DNA of 64,000 bases. It comes from the human T2T-CHM13v2.0 reference genome, Homo sapiens. Numbering within the stretch: position 1 is the stretch's first letter; each line of letters begins with the position of its first letter. The position numbers were made by a program, and so were the translations under genes. A model generated the notes under the pieces. That model was not told the origin of the DNA and ran no database searches. It worked only from the letters and a program-made list of their open reading frames with translations. Positions 15,101-34,728 of the stretch are shown here, piece after piece. Location: assembly GCF_009914755.1 (NCBI RefSeq), contig NC_060927.1. One strand, written 5' to 3'.

Positions 15101-15530
15101 AGGACTAGCCTGGGCTCCATCCAAAGCTCAAATGGGTTAAAGTGCTCTCCTGTCTTCCTCTGTCCCTGAGCACCTCAAGGCCACGATCAGATAGATGAGG
15201 GTGGCCTCTGCAGAAGCAGGGCCCCTTTCTGCCTGATTGCAACCTCTGAAGACCCAGCTGGACGTGGTGAGGCACAGCCCCCGGGGTCACTGAGGAATGC
15301 ACTGGGAATGTGTAGGGTGAGTATGGGAGAGGCCGATGTGGATCTGTAGGGGGAATGTAGGGAAGAGGAGGAGGTGCTTTGAGGATGGCGGGGGTGTCAG
15401 TTTGAAGTTAATGGAATGAGGGAGTGGGGAAGACAGCAATGAGGTGGGGGATGGGGAAATAGTGGGGTACAATGTGTAGGACAGGGAGGGAGCAGGAAGC
15501 ACCTATTTGAAGATAAAGATCTTGGCCAGG
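15101..15530. repeat. Paralogous upstream block, second copy at 43201-43568 and continuing after 46489
   Basis: direct visual alignment with long identical runs. Confidence 0.85.
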
Positions 15531-16029
15531 CCCCCGGGAGACCTCTGTCAATTTAGTGCCTCCATCAGTCTGGCTCCTGAGTCAAGCCACTAGTCACCAC
15601 ATTCCTGTCCGTGGTAATAGCAATGCAGTGATATTAGTCCCACTTCGCAATGGAGGTGCAGAGATCATGCCTGGCTCACGTCACCCTGTTTCATAGCTGG
15701 TCAGCTGTGGAGCTAGCATTTGGTCCCAGCTCTGCTCCACCCTGAGCCTTGGCTCTAAACCACCACATCATGCAGACCCCAGCATCTCCATGTTTTCCCA
15801 AAGCTTCCGGTTCTCATCGTTTCTAGAAAAATCCCGCTAAAAAACCTCCATCCTGAATCTTAAAAAATTAGCCAAGCAAAAGAAGCCAGACTCTGAAGAA
15901 GGCACACTGTGAATCCATGTGTGTGCACTGCAGTGGGGACAGCTGTCGTCAATGGGGACACAGCAGTGGTTGCCCAGACTTTGAGATGGAGACTGAATGG
16001 GAACTATGTGGGTAATGGAATGTTCTAGA

Positions 16030-16344
16030 TTTTTTCTTTCTTTCTTTCTTTTTCTTTTCTTTTTTTTTTTTTTTTTTTTTTCGTGAGGCAGGGTCTAGCT
16101 GTGTCACCTAGGCTAGAGTGCAGTAGCACGATCATGGCTCACTGCAGCTGCAACCTCCTGGGCTCAAGCAATCCTCCAACCTCAGCCTCCAGAATAGCCA
16201 CCACACCCAGCTAATTTTTGTATTTTTTGTAAAGACAAGGTTTCACCGTGTTGCCCAGGCTGGTCTCAAACTCCTAAGTTCAAGCAATCTGTCTCAGCCT
16301 TCCAAAGTGCTGGGATTACAGACATGAGCCACCACACCCAGCCT
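16030..16344 (-). mobile_element. AluJ-like element within an old L1 fragment
   Basis: antisense Alu with T-rich tail. Confidence 0.85.
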
Positions 16345-17768
16345 GCAATGTTCTGTATTTTGGTTGCCAAGATGGTCACACAGGTGTATAAACTTGTCCC
16401 CAAAAAATCAATGAAATGTACATCTAAAATGGATATATATGTATGTAAATTATGCCTCAATAAAAGCTGATTTAAATACCTCTACCCATCTCATTTATAA
16501 CACAGAGATCATCATACTAGGATCCAAGTGTGTTTGGGTGTTATGAGAAGGATAAAGGTCCCTGCACTCCAAGGGCACAGGAAAGATCCCATTACTAGAG
16601 CCCAGAGGAACAAGGGGGCTGGAGTCCAGAAAGGAGGGAGATCCAGACAGGAAAGAGGCCCAGGGGCTGGGGCATTGGTGGATGAGGTGACCCTAGAAGC
16701 AGGGTGGGTGCTGGGCCTTGAGTGCTACTAGAACCAGCTCAGCCTCTAGCCAGTGGGTAGGGAGGAGGCACCCCAGGGGCTGAGGAGCAGAGGAAGATGC
16801 CTTCCAAGGGGAGGTTGGAAAGTGTGCTGGGTGAGGGGCCTGGTGTGAGCATGGTGGAGTGAGCCTCCTGGAGCAAGGCTCAGGCCCCTCAGGGCCACTG
16901 TGGGTGAGCGCTGAGCACAGAAGTACCAGCATCCTAGGGTACCATTCTCCCATCCCACCCCCACCATTCTCCACCTCCTCTACCAGAGTTTCCTCCAGAG
17001 GTTCTCAGTAGGCCCCTTGCAGGACGGCTGGAAAAAGGAGAAGAAAGCAGGACTCAGTGAGGGTTCCAGTGGGACCAGCCCTCTGCATGTGCTCCCAGCC
17101 CCATGGCCTGCAGAGGAGGAAACGCAGGTCTCCTGGGAATGGGCTGTTCTAAGGCAACCCTCAGCCCCTGCCTCAGGCATTTCTTCTGCAGCAGCCCCAG
17201 CCCCATCCCCAGATAAGTGACCCTCACATGCAGCCCCTGGCACAGCAGCCTCCCAGGAGGACCCAGGAGTTTACTTGGTGGATCCTGCACCTTGGGAAGC
17301 CCCGTGGCCCCCTTTAAAGATCTCCACCTGATCTATATCCACCTGTGGTCCTCACCTGATCTTACACAGTCATCTGTTTGCTGACTGGCCCCTTTTCTCA
17401 CTGGTTCCTAGAGGGCAGAGGCTGAGCATTCCTCATGTTTGCGACCCCAGAGGCTGCACAATACCAGGACATAGTAGGTGAAAAATAATTGTTCACCGAA
17501 TGTATAATGAGTGGATGAATTAATGGACTATCTACTCATAGCCCACCTCTCTGAGGAGACCTGGAGCCCCCAGGGTCTGCATTCCTGGAGACAAATTCTG
17601 TCATTCCCTCCTCTGTCTCCTCTACCCTGGTAAGGGTGGGCATGGGCATGGAATGGACATGGGCTGGTGCTGAAAGTCCCAGATCAGAGGTGAGGAGGCT
17701 GGGCACTTTGGGACTGGAGGAGAAGGATGACACGGGGAAGGCAGGGGAGGGAGAAATAAAGAAACCTG

Positions 17769-18433
17769 GAGGGGTCGGGCACAGTGGTGCTCCCTGTAAT
17801 CCCACCACTTTGGGTGGCAAAAAAGGGAGGATCACTTGAGGCCAGGAGATCAAGGCTGCAGATCGTGCCACTGCACTCCAGCCTGGGCAACACAGTAAGA
17901 CCCTATGGAAGGAAGGGAGGAAGGAAAGAAAAGAAGGAAGGGAGGGAAGAAGAAACCTAAAGAGGGAAGAGAGAGGGGAAGCGTGGGGACTTGGAGTCTG
18001 AGGGAGAAAGGGGGAGCAGGGAGGAAGAAGGTGAAACAGAATGTGATTTATTTTTCTTTCTTTCTTTTTCTTTCTTTGTTTCTTTCTTTGTTTGTTTGTT
18101 TCTTTGTTTCTTTGCTTCTTTCTTTCTTTCCTCTTTTTTTATTTTTATTTTGTGACAGGGTCTCGCTCTGTCACACAGGGTAGGCTACAGTAATGTGATC
18201 TCAGCTCACTGCAATTTCCGCTTCCTGGGTTCAAGTGATTCTCATGCCTCAGCCTCTCAAGTAGCTGGGATTAAAGGTGTCCACCACCACGCCCAGCTAA
18301 TTTTTGTATGTTTAGTAGAGACGGGGTTTCACCATGTTGGCCAGGCTGGTCTTGAACTCCTGACCTCAAGTGACCCGCTCACCTTGGCCTCCCAAAGTGC
18401 TGGGATTAGAGGTGTGAGCCACCGTACCCAGCC
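17769..18433. mobile_element. Partial Alu monomer (+), GA-rich tract, then AluS (-) with (TTTC)n tail
   Basis: Alu motifs and low-complexity tracts visible. Confidence 0.8.
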
Positions 18434-18908
18434 TTATAGTATTTTCTTATAGCAGCCTGGACAAACTAAGACAGGGGACTAGAACAACAGAAGTTTAATT
18501 GGCTCACAGTTCTGGAGGTTAGAAACCCAAAATCAATGTGTCAGCAAGGCCATGCTCCTGAAACCTGTAGGAAAAGGACCTTTCCTTTCCTCTTCCTAGC
18601 TTTGGGGGATGTGCTGGCATCCCCCATGGTGTTCCATGGCATGTAGACACATCGCTCCAATCCTCTGTCTTCACATGGCATTCTCCCTGTGTCTTCACAT
18701 ATTCTTCCCCCTGTGCACATCTGTGCCTGTGTCCAACTTTCCCCTTAATATGAGGACACTAATCATATCAGATTAGGGCCCACCCAATGACTTCATCTTA
18801 TTGACTACATCTGCAAAAGCTCTATTTCCAAATAAGGTCACTTTTTGAGGTATTGAGGGTTAGGACTTCAACATATCTTTTAGGAGGGATACACTTCAAC
18901 CTATAACA
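18434..18908 (-). mobile_element. MLT1-type MaLR LTR
   Basis: GGCTCACAGTTCTGGAGG...GATTAGGGCCCACCC...TAGGACTTCAACATATCTTT. Confidence 0.7.
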
Positions 18909-19218
18909 CCAACCACAAGCCAGTGATTGGCTGCAGGATTCCCCTTAGGAGAGGACATAATCTTGGTCAAATCTCTTCCCTATGGCCAAAAACAATTCCC
19001 AATGGATGACAGCAGTGACCCAGCAGCAGCCAATATTCCCAAGAGATGTGGGATGAGTCACCAGCTATGAAGAAAGGATCCACTACATCTGCAAATCCAC
19101 TGCAGCCCAACCCTTTATGCCACTCATATCTACTTGCTTCCCATAGTAAATGTTCACCATTTAAAAATAACGATTCTGGTTGGTCTTGTCTCCTGGGAAA
19201 ACTTAAAAGAGAAGAGTT

Positions 19219-19696
19219 ATGTCTTTGCTATTGTGAATAGTGCTGCAATAAACATACATATGCATGTGTCTTTATGATAGAATGATTTATATTCCTTACA
19301 ACCTAAATGCCCATCATTGGTAGACTGAGAAAATGTGGTACATACATATACACCATGGAATACTATGCAGCCATAAAAAAGAATGAGATCATGTCTTTTG
19401 CAGGAACATGGATGGAGCTGGAGTCCATTATCCTTAGCAAACTAACACAAAACTGAAAACCAAATACCACATGTCCTCACTCATAAGTGGGAGCTAAATG
19501 GTGAGAACACATGGACACATAGAGGGGAACAACAGATGCTGGGGCCTATTGGAGGGTGGATGGTGGGAGGAGGGAGAAGATCAAGAAAAATAACTTATGG
19601 GTAATAGGCTTATTACCTGGGTAACAAAATGTACAAGAAACCCCAATAACACAAGTTTACTTATGTTTAATAAACCCGCATGTGTACTCCTGAAGA
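19219..19696 (+). mobile_element. 5'-inverted truncated L1 (L1PB/L1PA-like 3' end)
   Basis: 19219-19297 is antisense ORF2 C-terminal sequence; 19298-19693 is sense ORF2 end and 3'UTR. Confidence 0.8.
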
Positions 19697-20379
19697 AAAA
19701 AGAAAAGGGTCAAAAGGACAAGTTACAGGCCCATCATTTACTTTGAGACCATCAGTCACACACCTTTTCCCCTTCATCCACTACCCTTTCTAGATTCCTT
19801 TCCTGTTTGACTTGCATCTCTGCTGTCTACACAGGTTGCCAGTAATGGGAAGGGAAGTGGGTGCAGTGGTGATCCAGACCCTCATCCCTGGCTATAATTC
19901 TCTGGCTATAATTCTCAGGCTATGATTGCTGTATGGGTTAATCTACCATTACACCTAGGCAGCGAAGCACCAAGAAATTTTCCAGTGAATCATCCAAGCC
20001 ACATTCATAGTCTTTCCTGCTCACCCCCACCTAGTGTAGCAGCAGTGCATCTTCTCCTAATGATCAGTGTTAATTATTCCTGCCAACAGAGTGACTCCTT
20101 TCATTATAGAGTGACTTCTTGTCTCTTGGCATAAGGAGGATAAAGTGACCAGGTCACAGCCATAGCTTTATGTTTAGTGAGACTCTTACTGTGACCCCTG
20201 ATAAATGTCTTTCCTCCCTAGAATCTAGTACCTCCAGTCAGATGGAGCCTGAAGTTACAGGGACAGAATGCATAAATTCCCAAGTGAATAACTTGAGGCG
20301 TAGTCACAGGTCCACTATCATTCCACACATTGGTTCCTGTTAGGGGCTCAGCATTGTGTAATGGACATTGACTTGGGGC

Positions 20380-23485
<3,106 letters not shown>

Positions 23486-23599
23486 TCTAATGGCTAATGG
23501 TGATGAGCATCTTTTCATGTGCTTAGTTGGTATCCATATGTCTTCTTAGTAATGCGTCTGCTTAAGTCTTTGGCCATATTTTAATGGGCTGTTTATTAC

Positions 23600-24095
23600 T
23601 GTATTCACTGAGGTTCTCCAGAGAAACAGAACCAATAGGAGGTAGAGATAGAAACAGATTTATCATGGGATTGGCTTACTGCAACTATGGAGGCTGAGAA
23701 GTCTCACAATCTGCTCTCTGAAAGCTGGAGAACCAGGAAAGCTGGTGATGTAATTTGGCTGGAGTTGGAAGGGTGGGAAAGGGAGGACTGCCCTCTGGTG
23801 CAAGTCCCAAAGTCGAAAGCCAGAGAACCAGGAGCTCTGTAGGAGAAGGTGAATGTCCCAGCTCAAGAAAAGAGAGTGTATTCACACTTCTTCCACCTTT
23901 TTGTTCTATTTAGGCTCTCAACAAATTGGATACTGGCCACCACATTGGTGAGGGCAACCTCATTGACCCAGCCTACCAATTTCAATGCTAATCTCTTCCA
24001 GAAACATACTCACAGACACACCAAGAAATTGTGTTTTACCAGCTATCTGGGCATCTTTTAGCCCAGTCAAGTCGACACATGCATTAACCATCACA
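23600..24095 (-). mobile_element. MLT2 (ERVL) solo LTR
   Basis: GGTTCTCCAGAGAAACAGAACCAATAGG...ATTAACCATCACA; TSD ATTAC/ATTGC. Confidence 0.8.
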
Positions 24096-25581
24096 ATTGC
24101 TAATTAATTTTGAGAGTTCTCTATATATTATGGATAAAAATTATCTGTGAGGTATGTGATTTATATTTTCTCCCATTATGTGGCTTATATTTTCATTTTC
24201 TTAACAGTATCTTTCACGGATGAAGTCCAATTAATAAATTTTTTTCCTTTATGAATTTCACATTTGTTGTCATATCTAAGAACTCCTTTTCTAACTGTAA
24301 ATAATAAAGATTTTCTCATATGTTATCTGCTAAGATTTTATAGTTATGTTTTACATTTATAGCCATGAATCATTTTGAATTTTTATATGAGGATTAGGTT
24401 GAGGTTCATTTTCTTGCATATGAATTTCCAGTTATTTGACCACTTGTTGAAAAGACTGTCCTTTTTCCATTGGAATCCCTTTGTATCTTTGTCAAAAAAT
24501 GATTGGCCTTGTTTGTGTGAATCTCTCTGGACTGTCTAGTCTATTTCATTGATCTATGTGTCTATCCCTTTACCAATACCACAGTCTTAATTATTACTGC
24601 AGCTTTATAATAAGTCTTAAAATTAAATAATATGATTACTCTAAATTTATTGGTTTTTTCAGAAGTGCTCTGGCTATCCTAATTCTTTGAATTTTCCACA
24701 TAAATTTTAAAATCAGCTTGTCTATATCTATAAAAATCTTTCTGGCATTTTGATTGGAATTACATTAAATCTATAGATCAATTTGTGTATAATTAACATC
24801 TTTACTTTGTTGAGTCTTTCAATCTGTGAACACAGTATGTTTCTCCATTGATTTAGGCCTTCTTTGGTTTCTTTTGTCAGTGTTTTTTAGTTTTCCAAAT
24901 ATAGATTTTTTACACGTTTTGTTAGATTTACTTAAGAATTTCATTTTATGGAACTATTGTAAACAGGACTGCTTTTTATATTTAAGTTTCCAATTGTTAG
25001 TATACAGAAACATGACTGAATTTTGTGTTAACTTTGTTTCCCGCAATGTTGCTCAATTATCTTATCTATTCTAGAAGATTTCTGGCTTTCATTTTGTAGA
25101 TTCCTTGGGATTTCCTACATGGACAATCCTGTTGCTTATGAATAGGGGTAGTTTTATTTTTTTGTTTCCAATCTGTATATCTTTATTTCTTTTTCTGGCA
25201 GGAACCTCTAGTAAACAGGACTGGCAAGAGAAAACACCCTTGCCTTGTTCCCAACCTTGGTGGAAAGCATTTCATCTTTCTCTATTAAGTAGGATGTTAG
25301 CTGTAGGATTTTTGTAGATAAACTTTATCAGGTTGAGAAAATTCCCTTCTAGTCCTAATTTGCTGAGAGTTTTTATTATGAACAAATGTTGAATTTTGTC
25401 AAATGTTTTCTGTACTTCAAATGATGTAACCATGTGGTTTTCCCCCTTTAAATTAATCATATAAATTACAATGGTTGGTTTTCAAGTATTGAAACTGTGC
25501 ATTCTTGAAATATTGAAGTTGTGCATTCCTGAAATGAGGCACACTAGGTCATGTTGTGGTGTGTGTGTAATACATACATAA

Positions 25582-25914
25582 CAGTCATGCACTATATAAC
25601 AGTATTTCAGTCACATATACACCAGTGGTCCCAGAGTGCTATAATACTATATTTTTACTGTACTTTTTCTATGTTTAGGTACACAGACACTTACCATTGT
25701 GTTATAATTGTCTAAAGTATCCAGCAGAGTAACATGCTGTACAGGTTTGCACCCTAGGAGCAATAGGCTTTACCTCTTCTCTATAGCCTAGTTATGTAGA
25801 AAACTATACCATCTACATGTATGTAAGCACACTCTATGTTGTTCCCACAATGATGAAATCACCTAATGATGCATTTCTCAGAACATATCCCCATCATTAA
25901 GCCATATGTGACTG
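25582..25914. mobile_element. Tigger3a/MER7-like non-autonomous Tc1-mariner element
   Basis: CAGTCA...TGACTG terminal inverted repeats, TA at the right flank. Confidence 0.75.
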
Positions 25915-25951
25915 TAATATTATATACTTCCTGCTAAATTGGATTTGCTAA

Positions 25952-26242
<291 letters not shown>

Positions 26243-26916
26243 TGATCCACCCGCCTCGGCCTCCCAAAGTGCTGGGATTATAGGCATGAGCCACCAGGCC
26301 CGGCCTTGTTCCATAGTTTTCTATTCTTACGCTATCTTTGTCTGGTCTTAATGTCAGGATAAAATGAATTGAGAAGTGTCTTTCCTATTTTGCAGAAAAG
26401 ATTATGTAGAATGGGTGTTATTTGTAAAATATTTGGTAGAAGTTGCCAATAAAACTATCTAGAAGGTTTTAAACTGCAAATTCAACCTTTTAAATAGCTA
26501 TAGAATGACTCGTTATTTATTTCATCTTGGATAACTTTTGGTATAGTAGTTTTTTGTTTTCAAGGAAATGATCCATTTCATTAATGTAATGTATACATAC
26601 TTACTTGTTCATAGTATTCCCTTATTATCCTTATCAAGTACCATAGGAAGCTCTGATGCTGAAATGGCCTGGCAGAATTGCCCAATTTGAATGCGGTGGT
26701 CAGGTGGTTATCCATTCACCTGGATTAGTCATTGTGGGTGGCATCTGGAAGGGCTTGACCTTGGGCAAGGCAGGCTTTCTGCAGCTGAAGCAGTACCTGA
26801 AGGAGCTGACAGCTGCAGTCAGCACTCCCAGGAGCTCATACAACAAGTCCTCTGTTGAAGGGGAGTCTGAATGGTGCATCTCCACATCCACCACAAGCAC
26901 GATCTGTCTAACCTAG

Positions 26917-27241
<325 letters not shown>

Positions 27242-28180
27242 AGAAGTCTCATTTTCTAATAGGTGGGTATTACTAATTTGCATTTACTGATTCCTAATAT
27301 ATCTGGCTTATTGCTATATTATTTTGTACTCTAAATCTATCATTTCTCTTAAGATTTATTTTTATTGTCCTGTCTTTTGTTGGATTAACCAGGTTTTCAG
27401 GGAGTTTTGAGATGGGTGAGGTTTTTTTCTTCCTACTGTTTTAGAAATTGTGTCAGATATTGTGAGTTGCTTACCCATACTGAGTCCCACTTCATCACTA
27501 AAAAGAACTGATTTTATTGGGGTTGGCAAAGTGCGCAATTAAAGGAATAGCGTTTCTCGGCCTCCCTTGCGACTGGAGTGGTCACGTGATATTCGCTGGC
27601 CAATGAGATGTCAGCAGGAGTCGCTGGGTGGGCCTTCTGGGACACCACTTTAAGGAGCCAGGCTGGGCTCAAATGGGCCTTTTTCCCATTTCACCTTAAC
27701 CCTCTTCTTCCCTAGAATGTGAACTTGATGGCCAGCACTCTGGTAACCACTTTGAGAGCATGAGGACATGGGTTATCTCCCCAACATGGTGGGGAGGTGG
27801 TGCGGAAACAGTAGATGCTTAGTTCCGTGATGACATCATGGCGCTGTCCACTGAGCCTGGACTGTCCACTCTCAGACTTCTTTTAGGTGATGTAAACCAA
27901 CCCTCTAATTTGTTTGACTCACTGTATTTTAGATTTCTGTGTTAGCTGAATGTAGCTTCTAATTTACCTAGACGTTATATACCTCGTTGCTTTTCTTCTA
28001 GTACTTGTTAACACAGATTTTATTTTGCCTATGGAGCATCTGAAGCAAATCAGTATCACTTGGGCCTCAAATTAGGCAAGAACTTTAGCCCAAGTTCCTT
28101 TTCTCCATACAGTCTCCAGCAACCTCCCATGTTGCCATCATTTGAGAAATAGACATATTTTATGGAAATATACATATTTT

Positions 28181-28475
<295 letters not shown>

Positions 28476-29656
28476 ATATATTTTATAGGAAAATCTTATT
28501 CAGTCATAACAATAAATGTTAGTGGCATCTGTACTCATCACTACGTCTTGTGCCATTCTCCTGGATTTGTTTTCCTTTGTCATGGAGTTAATTTCCCAGA
28601 GTTACAGTCAGAGACTTTTGATGTAGACTAAATTTTGAATTAAAAGAATGCCTTTCACTTTGGACTTACAATTGAATGACATTTGGGGTAGTATAGCATT
28701 CAATGCTCACATTTACTTTCTCTCAGAACATTGGGAGTGTTGCTCCATTTTCTCCTTGCACTCAGTTTTGATGCTGAGAAAGCTGATGTGAATCTGAAAC
28801 TTGTTCCTTAGGAGGTGATGTGTTGATTCCTTTTCCTCTTTAAATATTTAAGTATTCTATCTTCATGAGTTATGAGATTGTGCTGTGACCTGTGTGAAGC
28901 TCCATCTGTTTTCCTTCATCTTTTGAGAGCAAGTGAGTCTCTTTAAGCTCTGGAAAACTCATCAATGCTTTGAATGTTTCTGCCTCCATCTCTGCAATTT
29001 CTTTCTCAGCAATACACAGTCAACCATGACTGGAACTTCTGGATCAATGCCTCATTCTTTTATTTATTTTCTTTAAGCTTTTCATTTCTCTGACCTTTTG
29101 TGCTACACTCCAGGAGGATTCTTCACATCAAAATTTCCACTCACTAATCCGCGCTTTATACGTGCATTCTGCTATTCATCCCATCTGCTGGGTTCTAATT
29201 TTGACAATCATTATTCCTTTCTGAGATCCATAAATGGCTTTTTAATAAGGGCTTGTTCTTTTGTATCTAAGATGTCTTCCTCCACCCAATGAGGATATTA
29301 ATTTCTCAAGTCTTTCCCTTGGTTATCAGGTTTCTGCTTGCAGAGTTTAAGAATGCTTTTTCCTGCTATTGGTTTCCTCCAAAGCTTGGTGGTTCTTGTT
29401 TGGGTGCTTATCTTTGTTTTTAGATTAGCCTATTGAGTGCCACATCCCTGACTCCATGGATTGCAGGGGAGGGGGGAGGCAATACTTGGATAACATCAGG
29501 GTGAGTTTATGATTCTGCACTGAGAAAGATTCTTCTGCAGAAAGTTGGGGCTGTGGCTCCACTCTCTCTCTTTGCAATCAGTGTTGTTGCTGAGAAAGCT
29601 GAAGTCACCCTGCCTTACTCCTTGGTGGGTAAGCCATTGGTTTTATTTCCTGTTTA

Positions 29657-29975
<319 letters not shown>

Positions 29976-31413
29976 CAAGTTTCAGTATCTTCATTCAGTT
30001 TAACTTCAGCCATAACATATTTTGGGTTCCATCTGTTTTCACTCATCTTGATGCCATTGGTCAACTGTCTTAAACTGTAGTTCTTTCTAAAGAATCTCAT
30101 TAAAACTCTCACTGATGATGGGAGATCCTCTCATTCATGCTTGCATGCTCCTTTCCTCCATTCTCCATCCTTTCTCAGAAGCACACATTCGACCAACAGT
30201 GGAACTTCTGGGTCTTCCATTTCAGTGAGGTGGCCTGTCAGGGTGGGACCTCTGTGGGTGGTCCTCTGGGCAGGGTCCCTGCTGTGCAAGGGTGTCACAT
30301 GGCACCAGGCCCTGGGGGGGTCACAGAGCCCTCTGCCGTCAGCCACCGTCTTGCCAACTGTGTAGCTCAGCAGAGAGCTGGCTGCTCCTCCTATGGGCAT
30401 ATTCCAACCAGCGCCCTGCAGAGCCCACAGCCCTGCTGTCCCTGGGCCAGCTAGCTCCAAGCATGGAGAAACTGCATGGCCACTCTTGCCTTTGCCTTTG
30501 CCTTTTCTAAAGCTTTAATTTATTGTCTTTCAGTTTTTCCACATATACCTTCTGTCTTTTAGGGATTCCACATGCTTTCTATTCTCTGAAGGCCCCCTTC
30601 CTATATTTTAGGCACTAGTACAAACTTTTGAAATCAATGTATTTTTTCCTGTTATTCCTATGAATTTGTAGTGGGAGAGGAAGGCCTGAGCCTCAAACAT
30701 TTTGATTCATTATTTCATGAACAATTTCCGGATCTTCTCTGTGGTTATGCTTGCTTGAGGTTTGAGGTGAAAACGTTGAAGCAGATGTTAGCCCATGATT
30801 GAAAATTTTCTTCTGCAGATGCTTTGTCTCCTTTTTTTTTAATTGAAAATTTAGTTTTCTCTTGCCCTTGCCTTCATTTTTTTTCCCCCTTTCCTTCCTG
30901 AATCACTCCGTCAGTCTGAAATCCTCAGGCTGGGCAGTGCAACATAGCTGCACCAGGGGGAAAGAGAGCCACCATGGAACAGAGCCAGGTGAGGGAGGGT
31001 CACAAGACAGAGGAGGAAAGCATTGTTCTAGGAGGGACCAGTATGGAACCCAGGCAGTGGGAGGAGGAGTTCACACAGGGATGTAAGTCCATACCAGTAA
31101 TAGCGTCATATTGGGCAGGATGAGAAGGGCATCCTTGGTGGCATAGACCATCAGAACTTGAGCACAGTGAGGAGGATATCCACGCAGAGGGTAGCCTGAC
31201 ATTTTGTGTCAGCTCAGGTTGGGTGAAAGAGCATTTACCCCAGTCGTCAGACCAATGTAGGGAGCCACAGCCTGAGCCACAAGAAGAGGACAATAGACGG
31301 CATCGTATATCAGAGATCAAGAGAAATGGGCCATTGTCTCTGTGAGAGAGGGGCCAGCAGTAGCTGTGCAGAATTAGTTGCACAAAGGGAAGATCAAATA
31401 AGAAAATGTATTA

Positions 31414-32050
<637 letters not shown>

Positions 32051-33820
32051 TTAAGGCTTGTTTGTGACCCCTTTCCTTGTTTTGATGCTGATGCAGAATT
32101 ATTTTTTAGCTTTATTGAGGTATAATTAACAAAGTTAAATACAATGTAGGTGTACAAACTTGATGTTTTGAAGATGCTAGTTTTTATGGTGCTTGACTGT
32201 TTACCCTGGAAGGTGGGGAAGGTTAGCACCAGTTCACAGCTCAGGACACTGGTCTCAGAGAGGGGAAATCACTTGTCTATGGCCACAGGGCAATGAGAGG
32301 TGGAGCAGTCAGAGGTCAGAGCTCTGTGCCCTGATACTCTGAACACAGGACAACAGGGGCAAGGAGAAAGACAAGAATCCTTCAGAGTGGGTATGAGAGA
32401 CCCAGGCCCTGAATGAGACACAAGGGGCAGGACATGGCAGGACAGAGCAGGAAATACAGAGCTCATGCTCGAGAGCTAGAGCCTGAGACTTCTGGGCAGC
32501 ATCTCAGAACATTTATGAGCTGAGGGACCAGCTCTCCAGGGCACAGTCACTGAAGCAGGGCTGGACATAGGGCTGTGACCCAGACCTCAGAATCCTCCCT
32601 CTGTGCAGGGAACCACAGGACAGGGACAGCAGTGTTGACAGGCAGATGTTCAGCCTAATCTTAACCTCTTTTTTTGTTGTTATTAATTTTTTAATTTATA
32701 ATTGACAATAATTATACATAATTATGGGGTACAATGTTATATTTCAATGCATGTATATATACTATAATGACCAAATTGGGATATTTACCATATCCATCAC
32801 TTTAAACATTTATCATTTCTTTGTAGTGACAACATTCAAAATCTTTTTTTAAGTATCTAGAAATATATACTACATTGTTACCTGCTAAATGGCAAACAGG
32901 TATATGAAAAATTGTTCAACATCAGTAATCATCAGAGTAATGCAAATCTTCACCTCTTATTTGGCCCTTATCATCACCTGGGCCCCAACCCCACCCCAGC
33001 TGGCAGCATTTCACAGGGAGGGACTTTCAGAGGAGCCAGCTCTGCCTGGATTGGCCCTTGCAGAAGTTGGGCCAGTGGGGAGGGTAAGGAACACAAAACT
33101 AATGCCTCCTCAGCTCCTGCAGCTGTGATAGCCTGAGGTCTAACACTCACCAGAGGGTTGGGTTGGCAGCAAAATGCCCTCTCTCCCACCCCCTTGCCTG
33201 TGGAACCTCCCATACCAGCCTGGTCTGGAGGAAAATGAGTCCTAGTTTTCATACGGGGCTCGAGGGCAAGGGACAGTTGGGGTTTGGGGTTAGGATGAGG
33301 ACTTGAGTTATGCTAACAGCTTCCAGTTTGGGTCTCAGATTCTTAGAAGCCAAGTATAAGGACATAGCCCCCAGTGCAGCAGGGAGACAAGATCACAGGG
33401 CTTGGGGTTGGGGGGCTCCTCTCAGTCCTAGGGGTTGGGGAACAAGCCCTGAGCAACTAGACCCAGACGAGTGAATTCCTGGAGAATGTGTTGCCATTGC
33501 CATGACCACCACCCGCCAGGCTTCCATTATACCAAGTCCTAGGGAGGGTGCACTATGTACACAGAATGATGTAAATACGAATGATGCTCCATGGAGTTGG
33601 CCAATTGACTGGTCTGTACCCCCAACTTTCCTTCCTACGGCACACATTGCTAATCAATCACAGTCTCTGCTCAGTCTAGAAAAGAGGCTCAGAGTCCTGC
33701 TCCACATGAGGCCTCAGACAAGCCCTGCCCATTCCTCAGAGCTGGTATATCAAATGCCAGGTATCTGCCATCCATTGCTCTGACCTGAAGCTTGTCAGAG
33801 ACTATCTGGAAAAGACCACT

Positions 33821-34270
<450 letters not shown>

Positions 34271-34728
34271 TCAAGAAAAAAGAGGGACCTTCAGAGAATG
34301 CTCCCCACTGGCTTCAGCTCTGGGGTGTGCCAGGAAAGGCCCTGATTCCCTATCAGCAACTGTCTCTTTTTCTGGAATTCAGGAGCACTGGGCAGGGCAC
34401 TGGCTGGAACCAGAAGATCAGGTAGATGTCCTGCCTCTGCCATCCTCTGGTTGATAGCCACAAGCACAACAACTTGCCCCTGGGTCTCAGTGTCCTCCCC
34501 ATCTTGGGGCACACCTGCCCTGGCTACCTCACCCAGTTTTCCATGGACCTTGTTGACCAGCAAGAACACTGTGATATAGGGTCAAAGGGTTACCATGTTC
34601 CACCCAGGCCTGATCCTTTCTTTCAGACCCCTTCCACCTACTGGAGAAGTCACATCCTTTGCCGGCCCTGCCTTCTCATCCCTGACAACCGTTCATAGCC
34701 ACAGCCTGTTCTCTCCCTCTGTCATGTC

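Noticed and set aside
16500-17400. GC-richer, apparently unique region with several short overlapping ORFs
   Set aside because: No IQ motif, recognisable domain or convincing exon structure; CpG-poor, so not a CpG island
19888-19930. 14-bp tandem repeat CTGGCTATAATTCT, about 2.5 copies
   Set aside because: Small local slippage with no functional context
30131-31383. Cluster of 70-127 aa ORFs between IQCF5 and IQCF1, considered as a possible extra IQCF pseudogene
   Set aside because: No similarity to IQCF exons seen; likely ancient repeat or neutral sequence
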